Assembly (NCBI RefSeq): GCF_004010195.1
Contig: NC_057711.1
Span: 81,138,714-81,202,713 of the forward strand
Source of the DNA: Chiloscyllium plagiosum
Taxonomy: Eukaryota
Reading direction: 5' to 3'
Length of the DNA stretch: 64,000 nt
Below, one piece after another: positions 23,761 through 37,477 of the stretch; within the stretch, counting starts at the first letter, position 1, and each line of letters begins with the position of its first letter. A model generated the notes under the pieces. It saw nothing but the letters and a program-made list of their open reading frames with translations, searched no databases and had not been told where the DNA came from. The position numbers and the translations under genes are program-made.

Positions 23761-24409
23761 GATAAAGCCTGTTGCAAACTGGAACTCTGCGTTCATGACC
23801 CCTGACCTGTGCCATGACAGGTGACTGAACAGAAAGTTGCAGTTGCTCCCTTGGTGTTGCTCCGACTGCTGGTGCTGTTCTTGTTGCTCAGCAGAGACCC
23901 AAAGTGAAGCCCTACAAGTAGCTCTCAAGCTGCTGAGAAGGCTGGCAGCTAGAAAGTACTGATCAAAGTCGAAAAAAGCTCCAAATTGGCAGAAAATCTG
24001 AAGCACTGAAAGAACACTGTCAGGTCAGGTCCTTTTGAGCAAGTTCTTCACCAGGCAGGGGAGTGGCTGTTAGTGTTTCAGTATTTGAAGAATTCCTTCT
24101 TCATCAGTTGCTCAGCACCATCAATCTTTTCTGTCCGCTCACTTTATTTTATCTGGCAAGTTGTAAAAAGCCCAGAAGCTGCGAATTAAAAACTGAAGGT
24201 TTGAACTCCATTTAACATGTACAATTGCCCTGGAACATAATGGTTTCCCACCTGCTAACATGCAAGCTCAGGTTAAATGCAGAAGGAAGCAAGTTCCTGT
24301 CGCTTTCCCAACGCACAAGTAAATGTTTGCTCTTTTAACCTGCTTCCCACACAGATACCCAAATAGTCTTCCTGGTAAGTTAAAATTCCAACAGTGATTC
24401 TATGTTACA

Positions 24410-24688
24410 TCGGCGGCTCAGTGATTAGCACTGTTGCCTCTCAGCTCCAGGCTCCTAGGTTCGATTCCAGCCTTGGGCGACTGTCTGTGTGGAGTTTGCA
24501 CATTCTCCCTGTGTCAGCATGGGTTTCCTCCGGATGCTCCAGTTTCCTCCCACAGTCCAAAGATGCGCAGGTCAGGTTAATTGCCCATAGTGATAGGTGC
24601 ATTAGTCAGAGGGGGGTGGGTTACTCTTCAGAGGGTCGGTGTGGACTGGTTGGGCCAAAGAGCCTTTTTTTACACTGTAGGGAATTTT
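24410..24688 (+). mobile_element. HE1-like SINE
   Basis: B box ggttcgattcc, core and tail. Confidence 0.9.
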
Positions 24689-26239
24689 TAAAAAAAATTT
24701 CCATGTCTCCTCCAGTCTCAACGGAGCCCAGGTCTTCCAAACTTTACCTCCCAAACAGATTAGAGCACAGATTTCATGAAACTAATGATCTGCCTCATGT
24801 ATAGGGATTGACAACTTGTTTCAAATTACCACCTCTGACTGATTTTTTTATCAGTCTTTAAACATTATAGCCTATACATTACTATGAGTAATGTGGTTCT
24901 ATGAATTTTATATACTTAATTCTTATTTCTACTATTTTGAAAGGCATTAACTTTTATTTAAAATTAATTAAAACTTCCTTTAAAAAGCAGAGAATGAACA
25001 TTGACAGAATACAGAAACTGTTGTGCAACAATAGCAAGCTGCATTTCTGTAGCACCATTAATATGGAACATTCCCATGCACTAAATTTCATAGGGAGCCA
25101 CATAAGGTTTGGTGAAACAGATATTTTAGTTTTTTAAGGAGCATCTTCAAGGGAGAGAGAATTCTTGAGCTTAGAGCCTTGGCAGTTGAAAATATGACAA
25201 CAGCTGCAACAATTTATACTCATAAGGAGCCTTTGATGTAAGGAAAATTCCAAGGTGCTTCAGTGGAATTTATAAAACAAAGTATAAAACAAAGTATCAA
25301 ACACGCAAAGAAGCAAATAAATATGATTCACATCAAGACATAGATCAGACAGTAGATAAAATCAGATACGCTCCAGAGGCAGGAATTAGATGGTGCAGAT
25401 AACTTTAAGGATTGTGGAGCTAGAATAGATTAAAGAGATAGCTGGGGGAGAGGCCATTGAGGAATTGGAATGACAATTTCAAAATCAAGGTACCATAACA
25501 TCACTTTCAACAATTTCCAGGCTGAGAGCTGTTAGAATTAAGACTAGTGATTAGACCATGTAAATACAATCTTCAGCACATTCTCTGTCTCACCATGACA
25601 TTTGTTAAAACATTAGCATAATCCTGCAATTTTCAGTGGTAATATCAGCTGCTAAATCCTTGCCAAAGCATTTCAGTGAGATTTGAGATATCCTCAGCAG
25701 ATAGCAGTTTTCATTGTGCCCTTATCTGTACTTCCAGCTGATAATTTTTATGCCTTATCCTTATGTTTTTTTTTAATTATTAACTTCTTCAGGACTTCCA
25801 GTTAGTCTACCAAGATGTCTTTCTGTGACATACTGATAAGTTCCTTGTTTTTTTTGTCTTTCCTCATTATAAATCTGATTACACTTCATTATAATGCTGG
25901 CCATTAAATCCACGATTCAATTCATAAAATGAGCCATTTTGCTTCATATTACCCATTGCACAGCTGCTTTAACAAAGTTTTCTACATCTATTTCAGTTAA
26001 GAGTGTCTGAAGTGCTTGAGAATTGTTGAAAAATCATTAGGTGAGTCATGATTGGTAGCTTTTATTGTTCCCAGTAACCGTTTAAATTGTGTTCTGAAGC
26101 ATCGTGCTTTACCAATTCAGGTGTTATTATGATTAAGTTCATATGTGTTATATTTAAAGTTTTTCCCCTTTTTTTCTCATGCACAACAAAACATGAACTA
26201 CACTGTTAGTTCAAAACAATTTGTGGGATAAATTGCTAC

Positions 26240-26790
26240 ACGCTTTAGTAATATGGAAAGTACTAGAGAGTTTCAGCAGGTCTGACAGCATCTGGAGAGA
26301 GAGAAAAACAAAGTTAATGTTTTAATTCCATAATGACTTTTCTTCAAAACTGAAGTGGTCTGGAAATGTAAAGGGTTTTAGGCAGTAGAAATGGGGAGGA
26401 AGAGCAAGTGGAACAGATCGTAAATGTGCCCAGTGCAAATGAGAGCGATAATGGTTGATGGATGCAGGCTAGGAGTTCAGAATATGTTTTAATAACAGAT
26501 AAGAAATCAACTCTGCTGAAAGCAAGCACATGCAAACAAGATACTGGGGTGGGAGCTTAGGCAATGGAAGCTAATAGAGGACAGAATTGATAATTTCGAG
26601 CAGTTGGACCCAAAGCTGAGTACTGAAGGCTGTAAGTTGGCAAAGTGGAAAATGAGGTGCTGTTCCTTCAGGTTAGTTTGGACTTTGCTGGAAAACTGCA
26701 GCAAGGTCAAGGACAGAGATATTGGTCCGAGAGCAGGATGACGTATTGAAATGGCAAGAACTCGAAAGTTTTGAGTCATTCTTGTGGACA
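26240..26790 (-). mobile_element. Penelope-like element 3' fragment
   Basis: LKEQHLIFHFANLQP C-terminal motif; terminal repeat shared with 56720-56840. Confidence 0.65.
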
Positions 26791-27049
26791 TAGAAATGTA
26801 GAAGCAGGAATAGGTTATTCAGCCTGTCAAGCTTGCTTCATTGAAAATAGTCATGCATGATTGAACACTTTATTACTTTTTACCCACCCCATAACTCAGT
26901 ATACTATTTGTAATCAGAAAGCTATCAATGTCTGCATTAAATATACTCAAAAATGAGCTTCTTCTATTATATCTACAATCCTTAACTTCCTTTATCAGTC
27001 ATAACTGGCTGACTATTTTTGAGGTTTTGCACTTATACAGAATGTATAG

Positions 27050-27805
27050 TTTGAGAGTCATAGAGTAATAGATCTGTACAGCATGGAAACAGACCCATCA
27101 GTCCAACTCATCCAGGCCAACCAGATCCTAAATTAATCTAGTCCCATTTGCCAGCATTTGGCCCATATACCTCCAAACCCTTCCTATTCATATACCCATC
27201 CAGATGCCTTTTAAATGCTGCAATTGTACCAGCCTTCACCACTTCCTCTGGCAGCTCATTCCATAAATGTACCACCTTCTGTTGCCCCTTAGGTCCTCTT
27301 TAAATCTTGCCTCTCACACCTTAAATCTATACCCTCTAGTTTGGACTCCCCATCTCAGGGAAAATATTTTGTCTATATACTCTATCCATGCCCCTCATGA
27401 TTTTATAAACGTCTGTAAGGTCATCCCTTAGCCTCTGATGCTGCAGGGAAAAAAAGCACCAGCCTATTCAGCCTCTCCCTGTAGCTCAAGCCCTCTAACC
27501 CTGACAATATCCTTGTAAATCTTTTCTGAACCCTTTCATAACATCCTTCCTATAACAGGCAGACCTGAATTGCTTGCAGTATTCCAAAAGTGCACTAACC
27601 AATGTCCTATCCAGCCACAACATGACCTCTCAACTCCGATACTCAATACACTGATCAATAATGACAAGCATACCAAATGCCTTCTTCACTATCCTGTCTA
27701 CCTGCAATTCCACTTTCAAGGAACTATGAACCTGCACTGCGAGGTCTCTTTATCCAGTAACATTTCCCAGGACCTTATCATTAAGTGAATAAGTTCTGCC
27801 CTGAT
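27050..27805 (-). mobile_element. CR1 LINE 3' fragment
   Basis: Reverse complement of the 3' part of 35710-37477. Confidence 0.92.
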
Positions 27806-28064
27806 GCTGTAAATCATGTAATATTTCTTTAAAGACTATCCATTGCCTATTTACAGTCTTGCTGGTAAATGTATTTCTCCAATCCCCCTCAGTCACTAAT
27901 TTGTGTTCCATGTTTTGACATTTCCCTAATTCATAATTAATACACTTACTTCAGATTAATCTTACAAACTTTCAAACTTTATCAGATAATGGTCACTCAT
28001 CCCTAAAAGCTCTTTTACAACAAGATTGTTAATTAGCCCTGTTTCATTATATAATACTAGATTA

Positions 28065-28690
28065 AGACCAGAGGGGAAAGATTTAAAAATGACCTGAGGG
28101 GTAACGTTTTCATGCAGAGGATGGTGCATGTATGCTGCAAGAAAAAGGAATCTGGTAGAATTACATTTTAAAGACATCCTGATGGGTATATGAATAGAAA
28201 GAGTTGAAGGGGAAACGGGTCAAATGCTGGCAAATGGGACTAGGGTCAGATTGGGATGTCTGGTCAGCATGGAGGGCTTGGACCGAAAGGTTTGTTTCCA
28301 TGCTTATGACTCTATCTAAAATAGCATGTCCTCTAGTTGGCTCCTTTTTATACTGTTTTATAAAACCAAACCTAACACACTCTAGAACACATATATGTTT
28401 GGTATGCTTTCCTTTATTGGTCAGAGTATTGAGCACAGGAGTTGGGAGGTCATGTTGCGGCTGTACAAGACATTGGTTAGGCCACTGATGGAATATTGTG
28501 TGCAATTCTGGTCTCCTTCCTATCAGAAAGATGTTGTGAAACTTGAAAGGGTTCTTAGGAAGTGTTTGGAGCGATATGGGCTGGGTGCTGGCAGGTGGGA
28601 CTAGATTGGATTGGAATATCTGGTCGGCATGGACGGGTTGGACCAAAGTGTCTGTTTCCATGCTGTACATCTCTATGACTCTATGAGTCC
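28065..28690 (+). mobile_element. Two CR1 3' fragments (28065-28315; 28395-28690 with an internal deletion)
   Basis: [19 protein letters not shown]; ctctatgactct tails. Confidence 0.88.
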
Positions 28691-28859
28691 ACAACTACAG
28701 TGCTCAGCTGATTTACCCAGTCCATATGCAGATTGAATTCACCTATGATTGCTGTTTTGCTCTCGGTACATACTTCTCTTAACTCGTGATTAATACGAGT
28801 TAAGAGAAGTACTACCACTGGACTACCACTACTGTTCCATTGCCTATGTATTACTTCAG

Positions 28860-29075
28860 AGAGAAAGTGAGAACTGCAGATGCTAGAGTTCAGAGTCAAA
28901 AGTATGGCTCTGGAAAAGCACAGCCGGTCAGGCAGCATCCAAGGAGCAAAAGAGTTGACATTTTGAGCATAAGCCCTTCATCAGGAATATGATGAAGAGC
29001 TTATGCTTGAAACATCAACTCTCCTCCTCCTTGGATGCTGCCTGACTGACTGTGCTTTTCCAGTGCCACACTTTA
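28860..29075. mobile_element. Head-to-head inverted Penelope-like terminal repeats
   Basis: ctggaaaagcacag...agcccttcatcag followed by gatgaagagcttatgct...tgtgcttttccag. Confidence 0.8.
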
Positions 29076-29389
29076 TATATTATTTCAATCAACACCTCCT
29101 CGCCTTTGCTGATTCTTAGCTCCATCCAAACAGATTCCACATAATAAAAGCAAAAAAGATGCAGATGCTGGAAATCTAAAACAAACACACAGAGTTCTGA
29201 AGAAGAGTCATACTGGACTCAAAACAATTTTTTGCAGTGCATCTTGTCAGATAATATATACTGCTGCTACTGAGTATTAGTGGTGGAGGGAGTGGATGCT
29301 TGTGGATGTGGTACTGATGCTCAAGTTCCAAAATTCAAAGCTCAAACTTCTGCAGCTGGTGGTACATGATATGTCTGTGCTTCTCTCAT

Positions 29390-30060
29390 AATGCACAATC
29401 AGTTGGCAACGCAGAGTTGTTCTCCAAAGCATGCATCTAGTCTGCATTTGTTCTCACCAATGTAGAGGAGACCACATTGTGTGCCATGAATACAGTGGAC
29501 AAAGTTGATAAAGAAACTGCTGCTTCACTTCAAGATGGGGGAAGCACTGGCTAGTGAGTTGGTAAAAGGACAACTATTTCATCTTTCACAATTGCATAGG
29601 GAGTTGCCATGGGAAGTTGTCATGGTGGAGTGAAGAGAATTTGAATGAAGGAGGAGTGGACTAGGATGTCTGAAAAGGAATGGTCCCTTCTGATTTCCGA
29701 TAAAGAAGGGAGAGGAAGATGTGTTTGGTTGTGGCATCTTGCTGCAGGTGGCTAAAGTGACAGATGGTGATTCTTTGAATGTGGAGTCTAATGGGATGAA
29801 AAGTGAGGACAAAGTGAGTCCTCTTGTTCTGGGCGATGGGAGAATGGTGAGAATGGGTGAGATCTGAAGTGTCAAAATGGGTTGGTCATGACTGAGGACC
29901 CTGTTAACCTTGATTGCAGCTGGCATTCCTTAACACTTGAATTCTTATTAAGCTGTTGAATAAACTGAAGTGACATAAAGTGGAAAGCTAGACAGCTTTG
30001 ACATAGAGAATTGGAGAGTATGAGTGTGAATCTCACAATGCAGTGACAATTGACTGAGCA
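29390..30060 (-). mobile_element. Penelope-like element relic (GIY-YIG endonuclease)
   Basis: Minus-strand NFVHCIHGTQCGLLYIGENKCRL at ~29430-29505. Confidence 0.8.
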
Positions 30061-30135
30061 GCTTTTTCTGCCTGAAAGAAACCTATGGTCCAGGATCATG
30101 ATTTGGAGGTGCCGATGTTGGACTGGGATGTACAA

Positions 30136-30327
30136 AGTTAAAAATCACACAACGCCACGTTATAGTCCAACAGGTTTAATTGGAAGCGCTAGCTTTCAGA
30201 GTGTTGCTGCTTCACCCGGTTATGTCCTGGGATGTGACAACCAACTGATGAAGGAGCAGTGCTCCAAAAGCTAGTGCTTCCAATTAAATCTGTTGGACTA
30301 TAACCTGGTGTTATGTGATTTTTAACT
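30136..30327. repeat. Imperfect inverted repeat (~80-bp arms) of a second Penelope-like terminal family with a hammerhead motif
   Basis: agttaaaaatcac...tagtccaacag pairs with ctgttggacta...gtgatttttaact; ctgatga at 30245. Confidence 0.8.
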
Positions 30328-31179
30328 ATGATCCAGGGTGCATTTGAAACACATCATTTGAAAACTACATGAGGTAGGTCAAAGCTGGAGACAGACTCTG
30401 AGAAAAGAGCAGTGGCTGCAAAGGCAAGTTCAGGTGAACACTTCATCAAATACTATGAGGGAAATAAAAAGCAATGAGAACAGCCACTTTGCCAGCTCCT
30501 GTGAAAATGTAACTATGTAAGGTGCGTGTGAAGTTAGAGTGGCAAGAAGGTAGAGTGCTGGCAGTAGTGTGCTAAGGTGCAAGGTGTAGGGTGTTTAGAG
30601 TATTTGGAGTAGGATGCTGTGTTGAGAGATATTGGATCTGGTTGTGGGTGGGCGTGGGTCAGATTGGCAGTATCCAGGGAAGTCAGGTTATGTCCCAGAG
30701 TGTGGGAGATGGGTGGCTAGATGGGCCAGGTTCAAAAGTGAGGGTTATCGGATCCAGGGGGTATTCGGTCAGGATCAAGGGACTGTAAGGGATCTGGGGG
30801 GGGGGGATCTGGGGGGGGGGGGGGGGGGGGCGAGGGGATGTGGTATTTGTGGTGTGTGAGTAAAGTAACGGGTCAGTTTAACACTTACTCAGGACTTAAA
30901 CTGTGTACTTAATAGTTTAATATTTCTTTAGTAACTATTTCCTTACCTGCAGAGGAATCTTCGGAATTCTCTGATTTTAATGGATATTTTCAAAGGAGTC
31001 CAGTCATAGAGGAATTGTGCAGAGGAACCTTCAATTACCAAGATAATTCACTTAGAGCCTGGGTCCTCATCAGTAATCCCATCAGTGCTACAGAAACAAT
31101 TATCTAGTTATGAAAAAAATTTAACCCCACAAAACCAGCACTGGCATAAATACACTGTGTCTTGTCTTAAGCAGCACTT

Positions 31180-31525
31180 CCTGCTAACTCAGGAAAGCAG
31201 CCAACATAATCAAAGACCCCTCCCACCCTGGGTACACTCTCTTCCACCATCTTCCATTGGGCAAAAGATACAAAAGTTTGAAAATCTGTGCTAACAGATT
31301 CAAGAATAGCTTCTTCCCCGTTGTCATCAAACTTATAAATGGACCACTTATGTATTAAAGTTGATCTTTCTCTGCATTTTCTCTCGAGCTGTAACACTAT
31401 ATTCTGCATTCTGTTCTATTAACCTGATGTATTTATGTAAGGTATAACTTGTCTGAATAGCATGCAAAACCATGCTTCTCATTGTATCCTGGTACATGTG
31501 GCAATAATAAATCAAAACAAAGCAA
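31180..31525 (+). mobile_element. Rex1/Babar-like LINE 3' end
   Basis: agattcaagaatagcttcttcccc (RFKNSFFP), homologous to 49260-49350 on the minus strand. Confidence 0.7.
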
Positions 31526-31526
31526 G

Positions 31527-34252
31527 TCAGTTGAATATAGACTGCTTCAGTATCCGAGGAGTTGCAAATGGTGCTGAACACTCTGCAATCATCAGCGAAC
31601 ATCCCCATTTCTGACCTTATGATGGAGGGAAGGTCTTTTATGAAGCAGCTGAAGATGGTTGTGCCTAGGACAGTATCCTGAGGAACTCCTGCATGACCAC
31701 CTTCCTAATGTGTCAGGTCTGACTTCAACCATTGAGAGTTGTCCCTGATACCGATTGATTTCAGTTTTGCTAGGGCTCCTTGATGCTATACCTGGTAAAA
31801 TGCAGCCTTGATGTCAAGGGTTGTCACTCTCACTTCACATCTGGACCTCAGCTCTATTATCCATGTTTGAACCAAAACTGTAATGAGGTCAGGTGGCCCT
31901 GGTGGAACCCAAACTGGGCATCACTGAGCAGATGCTGCTTGATAGAATTATTGATGATACCTTCCATCACTTTACCGATGATTGAGAGTAGACTGATGGG
32001 GCCATAATTAACTGGCTGGAATTTGTCCTGCTCTTTATGTGCAGGACATGCCTGGACAATTTGCCATGTTGTCGGGTAGATGCCAGTTTTGTAACTGTAC
32101 TGGAAGAGCTTGACTAGTGGATCAGCAAGTTTTAGAGCGCAAGTCTTCTGTGCAATAGCTGGAATGTTGCCAGGGTGCATAATCTATGCAATATTTCATA
32201 TCACCAAGCATGTCTTGATATTACATGGAGTGAATCAAACTGGCTGAAGATTGGTATCTGTATGCTGGAGGCCACTGGAGGATACCAGGAAGGATCATTC
32301 ACTCTGCACTTCAGGCTGAGGATTGTTGCAAATGTTTCAGTCTTATTTTTTGCACTGACGTTCTAGGCTCTTCCATCATTGAGGATGGGGCTGTTTGTGG
32401 AGTCTTCTCTTCCAGTGAACTTTTAAATTTTCCTCCACCATTCACCATAGGTGTGGTAAGACTGCAGAGCTTAGATCTGATCCATTGGTTGCGGATCACT
32501 TAGCTTTATCTCTCACTTGCTGCTTATACTTTTAGCATACAAGTAGTCCTATTTAATAACTTCACCAGGCTGATACGTCAGTTTTAGTTATGCCTTGGAC
32601 TGCTCCTTGCATGCCCTCCTGCACTCACCATTGAACTGGGGTTGATCCCCGGGTTTGATGGCAAGAGTTGTGTTGGACATATGCCAGGCCATGAGGTTGC
32701 AAATTGTGCTGGAGTACAATTCTGCTGCTGTTGCAGTTGTATAAGACTCTGGTGCGGCCGCATCTGGAGTATTGTGTGCAGTTTTGGTCGCCATATTTTT
32801 GGAAGGATGTGGAGGCGCTGGAACGGGTGCAGAGGAGGTTTACCAGGATGTTGCCTGGTATGGTTATTACATGGGGGCATAGCTTTAAATTAAGGGGGGG
32901 GTAGGTATAGGACAGATGTTAGGAGTAGGTTCTTTACTCAGCAAGTCGTGAGTTCATGGAATGCCCTGCCAGTAGCAGTGGTGGATTCTCCCTCATTATG
33001 GGCATTTAAGCCGGCATTGGATAGTGGGCTAGTGTAGGTTAGGTGGGCTTGGATCGGCGCAACATCGAGGGCCGAAGGCCTGTACTGCGCTGTATTCTTC
33101 TATGTTCTATGTTCTATGTTGCCTCATGTATGCCCACTCTTGACTTGCTCGATCTGTTTGAAATCTATCCCATTTAGCACAGCAATAGTGCCAAACAAAA
33201 TGATGGAGAGTATTCTCAATGTGAAAGTGGGACTTTATTTCCAGAAGAAATGTGCACGGGCACTCTTAGTGATACTGTCATGGACAGGTGCATCTGCAGC
33301 CAACAGATTGTTAAGGATGAGGTCAAGTATGTTTTTCCCTCTTGTTGGTTCCCTCACCACCAGCCACAGACCCAGTCTAGCAGCTATGTCCTTTATAGAC
33401 CTGACCAGCTTGATCAGTAGTACTGCTGCCAAGCCACGCTTGGTCATTGGCATTGAAATACCTCACCCACAGTGCATTTTGCACCCTTGCCACCGTCCAA
33501 GTAATTTTCAACATGGAGGAGTGCTGATTCATCAGTGGAGGGAGAATGATGTAGTAACCAGCAGGAGATTTCCTTGTCTATGTTTCATCTGAACTCATGA
33601 AACTTTATGGGATCTGTAGTCAATATTGAGAACTCCAAGGGTAACTGCCTCCTGACACTATACTACTGTGCCACCAAGTCTGCTGGGTCTGCCCTACTGG
33701 TGGGACAGGCCATATCCAGGGATGGTGATGGTGATTTGTGGGACATTGTCTGTAAGGTATTATTCTGAGAGGAGGACTATGTCAGGCTGTTGCTTGACCG
33801 TGAGACATCTCTTCCAATTTTGGCACAGCCCCTGGATGTTAGTAAGGAGGACTTTTCAGGGTTGACAGGACTGTTTCTGCCATTGTCTTTTCTGGTGCAT
33901 GGTCCGATGCCAAGTGATCCATTCAGTTTCATTTCTTTGTGACTTTGTAGTGATTGATACAACTGAGTGACTTGCTAGGCCATTTCAGTGAGCGGCTCAG
34001 AATCAAACGCACTGCTGTAGGTCTGGAATCACATGTAGGCAGATTTCCTTCCCTGAATCAGATTGGTGAACCAGATGGGTCTTTTCCCTAACAATTGATA
34101 AAGACTTAATGTCATGAATAGATCCTTAATTCCAGATTTTGTTTCTATCTCCATCATCTACCATGGAGGGATTTGAACACTTGTCCTCAGAATATTCGCT
34201 GAGTTTCTGGATTTATAGTCTCGCAATTATATCACTAGGCCATCGTCTCCCC
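31527..34252 (-). mobile_element. Family B LINE, 5'-complete (tRNA-like head, endonuclease, RT to FADD)
   Basis: PTRGKNILDLIL, PISLLSIIGKVME, DAQFGFHQG, GMFADD; A/B boxes at 34165-34245. Confidence 0.85.
32733..33118 (+). mobile_element. Younger CR1 3' fragment with internal deletions, nested in family B LINE
   Basis: [21 protein letters not shown]; CpGs retained; (ttctatg)x3 tail. Confidence 0.93.
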
Positions 34253-35709
34253 TACCCAATATTTAAGGAGGAAACTGCAGTTCCCCGAGGACCATGTTTT
34301 GGGCAGTATGTTAATATCAAAGTAGTTGTAAACCGCAGAGATAGAGATGGTCTGTCCTGCAGAATGTTCACCGGACCTGAAATGTTAACTCTGCCTTCAT
34401 TCCATTGATGCTGCCAGACCTGCTGAGTTTTCCCAGCAATGTCTGTTTTTGTTTCTGATTTCTATCATCTGCCGTTCATTGGGTTTTTTTTTACATATCA
34501 CAGTTGTTTGCTTGTTTGTGGGTGATGTGGGATATGGCATTGAGATAGAGCACAAATATGGCACTGAGATACAGCATCAGCTATGATCAAATTGAATAGC
34601 AGAACAGACTTGAAGGTCAAAAGCCAAGTCCTGCTCCTAGTTTCTATATTTGTTTCAATTTGTGTGGTCAAAGGAAATTTGTACATGTTGAATGGAAGGG
34701 ACCCAAGGACGTTTCCTTGGGATACTCTGGAGGTGACATTGTTGGTAAAGGAAGAAAAATCTTAGCCAAAAATGCTTTGGCTATTTTCAAATAGATTAGA
34801 ATAGATCGGCTGCGAGCATTTGCATTGAGTTACACAGCAAAAAAGATTTTTTTCCAGGAGATAGTCTATTCAACCATTTCAAAGGTTGTAGAGATGTTGA
34901 AGAGGACAAGGAAAAATAATGTGCTTTTGTCAGCTACAGAGAGAACCATTTGTGACTAAGATTGATAAAGGAATGGAAAAAATACTTCTTAAAATTAAAT
35001 TGTAGGAGTAGACTCAAAGGACAGGATCTAACTTGTAAAAGTTAATTTTTGGACTGTTATCAGTAAGTTCTTATCTAGACAAAGAGTTATCAATCTGTAG
35101 AAAACGCTTCCTCAGGGAACAGTGGAGATAAAACTCGTGGAATCATTTAGGAAACAATTAAATTTTGCAAAAAGACATTTTCCTGTGTGGTGAATTAAAA
35201 TGGACTGAATGACCTTCTTTTCTATAATTATCTCCAGAATTTAAAGCATTGCGGTGGTAGCCCTTCAATATATTGTCTTCCACATTAAAGAATTAATAAC
35301 CACCATTGTATGTTCAAAGAGTAGAAGTTTAATTTTGTTTTGTCACTTTAGTTTTTCCATACATTGAGGTGGTTTAGAAACATAGGCCTGGATTTTTAAT
35401 TGCCAACGGAGCAACAACAATTTAGGCAGAGAGAGTGGCAATGCATCCTGCACCTTTGAAATGAGATAATTTACACAGCAACGAGTGGGTTAGGGAGTGA
35501 ATGAGAAATTCAGTTAGTGTCTCGTTTAGATTCTTTAGAAACTAGTTAAAGCATTGGGAACAAAAATAAATAAATTCTCATTTTGGAATTCAACAAAGAG
35601 TCTGTTACATATTAATTCACATTGTTAGCTTGTGGGCAGAAATTGTTTTTTTACATTGAATGATTTTGAGTTCTGGGTGATCTTGCACATGATCATGCAA
35701 TTTAACTGG

Positions 35710-37477
35710 GTTTTTACAAAAAACATTAAGGACAAAAGGTTAACTAGGGAGAGAATAGGGCCCCTCAAAGATCAGCAAAGCAGCCTTTGTGTGGAGCCGC
35801 AGAAAATGGTTTTTGCATCAGTATTTACTGTGGAAAAGGATATGGAAGATATAGACTGTAGACAAATAGTTGGTGACATCTTACAAAATGCCCATATTAG
35901 AGAGAAGGAAGTGCTGGATGTCTTGAAATGCATAAAGGTGGACAACTCCCCAGGACCTGATCAGGTGTACCCTAGAACTCTGTGGAAAGCTAGGGAAGTG
36001 ATTGCCGGGCCTCTTGCTGAGATATTTATATCATCGTTAGTCACAGGTGAGGTGCAGGAAGACTGGAGGTTGGCAAACATGGTGCCACTGTTTAAGAAGG
36101 GTGGTAAGGACAAGCCAGGGAACTATAGACCAGTGAGCCTGACATTGATGGTGGGCAAGTTGTTGGAGGGAATCCTGAGGGACAGAATGTACACGTATTT
36201 GGAAAGGGAAGGACTGATTAGGGATAGTCAACATGACTGTGTGCGTGGGAAATCATGTCTCACAAACATGACTGAGTTTTTTGAGGATTGATGAGGGCAG
36301 AGTGGTAGATGTGATCTATATGGACTTCAGTAAGGCATTCAACAAGATTCCCCATGGGAGACTGGTGAGCAAGGTTAGATCTCACGGAATACAGGGAGAA
36401 CTAGCCATTTGGATACAGAGACTCAAAGGTAGAAGACAGAGGGTGGTGGTGGAGGGTTGTTTTCAGACTAGAGCCCTTTGACCAGTGGAGTGCCACGAGG
36501 ATTGGTGCTGGGTCCTCTACCTTTTGACATTTATATAAATGATTTAGATGTGAGCATAAGAGGTACAGTCAGTAAGTTTGCAGATGACACCAAAAGCAAA
36601 GAAGGCTACCTCAGATTACAACATGCTCTAGATTAGATGGGCCAATGGGCTGAGAAGTGGCAGATGGTGTTTAATTCAGATAAATGCGACGTACTGCATT
36701 TTGGGAAAGCAAATCTTCGCAGAACTTATACACTTAATGGTAAGGTCCTAGGGAGTGTTGCTGTACAAAGAGACCTTGGAGTGCAGATTCATAGCCCCTT
36801 GAAAGTGGAGTCGCAGGTAGATAGGATAGTGAAGAAGGTGCTTGGTATGCTTCCCTTTATTGGTCAGAATATTGAGTACAGGAGTTGGGAGGTCATGTTG
36901 CAGCTGTACAGGACATTGGTTAGGCCACTGTTGGAATATTGCATGCAATTCTGGTCTCCTTCCTATTGGAAAGATGTTGTGAAACTTGAAAGGGTTCAGA
37001 AAAGATTTACAAGGATGTTGCCTGGGTTGGAGGATCTGAGCCACAGGGAGAGGCTGAACAGGCTGGGGCTGTTTTCCCTGGAGCGTTGGAGGTTGAGGGG
37101 TGACTTTCTAGAGTTTTACAAAATTATGGGGGGCATGGATAGGGTAAGTAGACAAAGTCCTTTCCCTGGGGTGGGGGAGTCCAGAACTAGAAGGCATAAG
37201 TTTAGAGTGAGAGGGGAAAGATAAAAAAAAGACCTAAGGGACAACTTCTACAGGCAGATGATGGTACGTGTATGGAATGAGCTGCCAGAGGAAGTGGTGG
37301 AGGCTGGTACAAGTGCAACATTTACAAGACATTTGGATGGGTATATGAATAGGAAGGGTTTGGAGGGATATGACCTGGGTGCTGGCAGGTGGGACTAGAT
37401 TGGGTTGGGATATTTTGTCAGCATGAACAAGTTGGACCAAAAGGTTTGTTTCAATGCTGTACATCTCTATGACTCTA
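35710..37477 (+). mobile_element. 5'-truncated CR1 LINE
   Basis: SPGPDQVYPR, PGNYRPVSLT, GKSCLTN, YMDFSKAF, FADD; full 3' UTR. Confidence 0.96.

Noticed and set aside
30789..30838. G-quadruplex-forming G runs
   Set aside because: Low-complexity homopolymer of uncertain length with no functional context
35632..37224. Intact reverse transcriptase gene
   Set aside because: Frameshifts, deletions and 5' truncation; a dead CR1 copy
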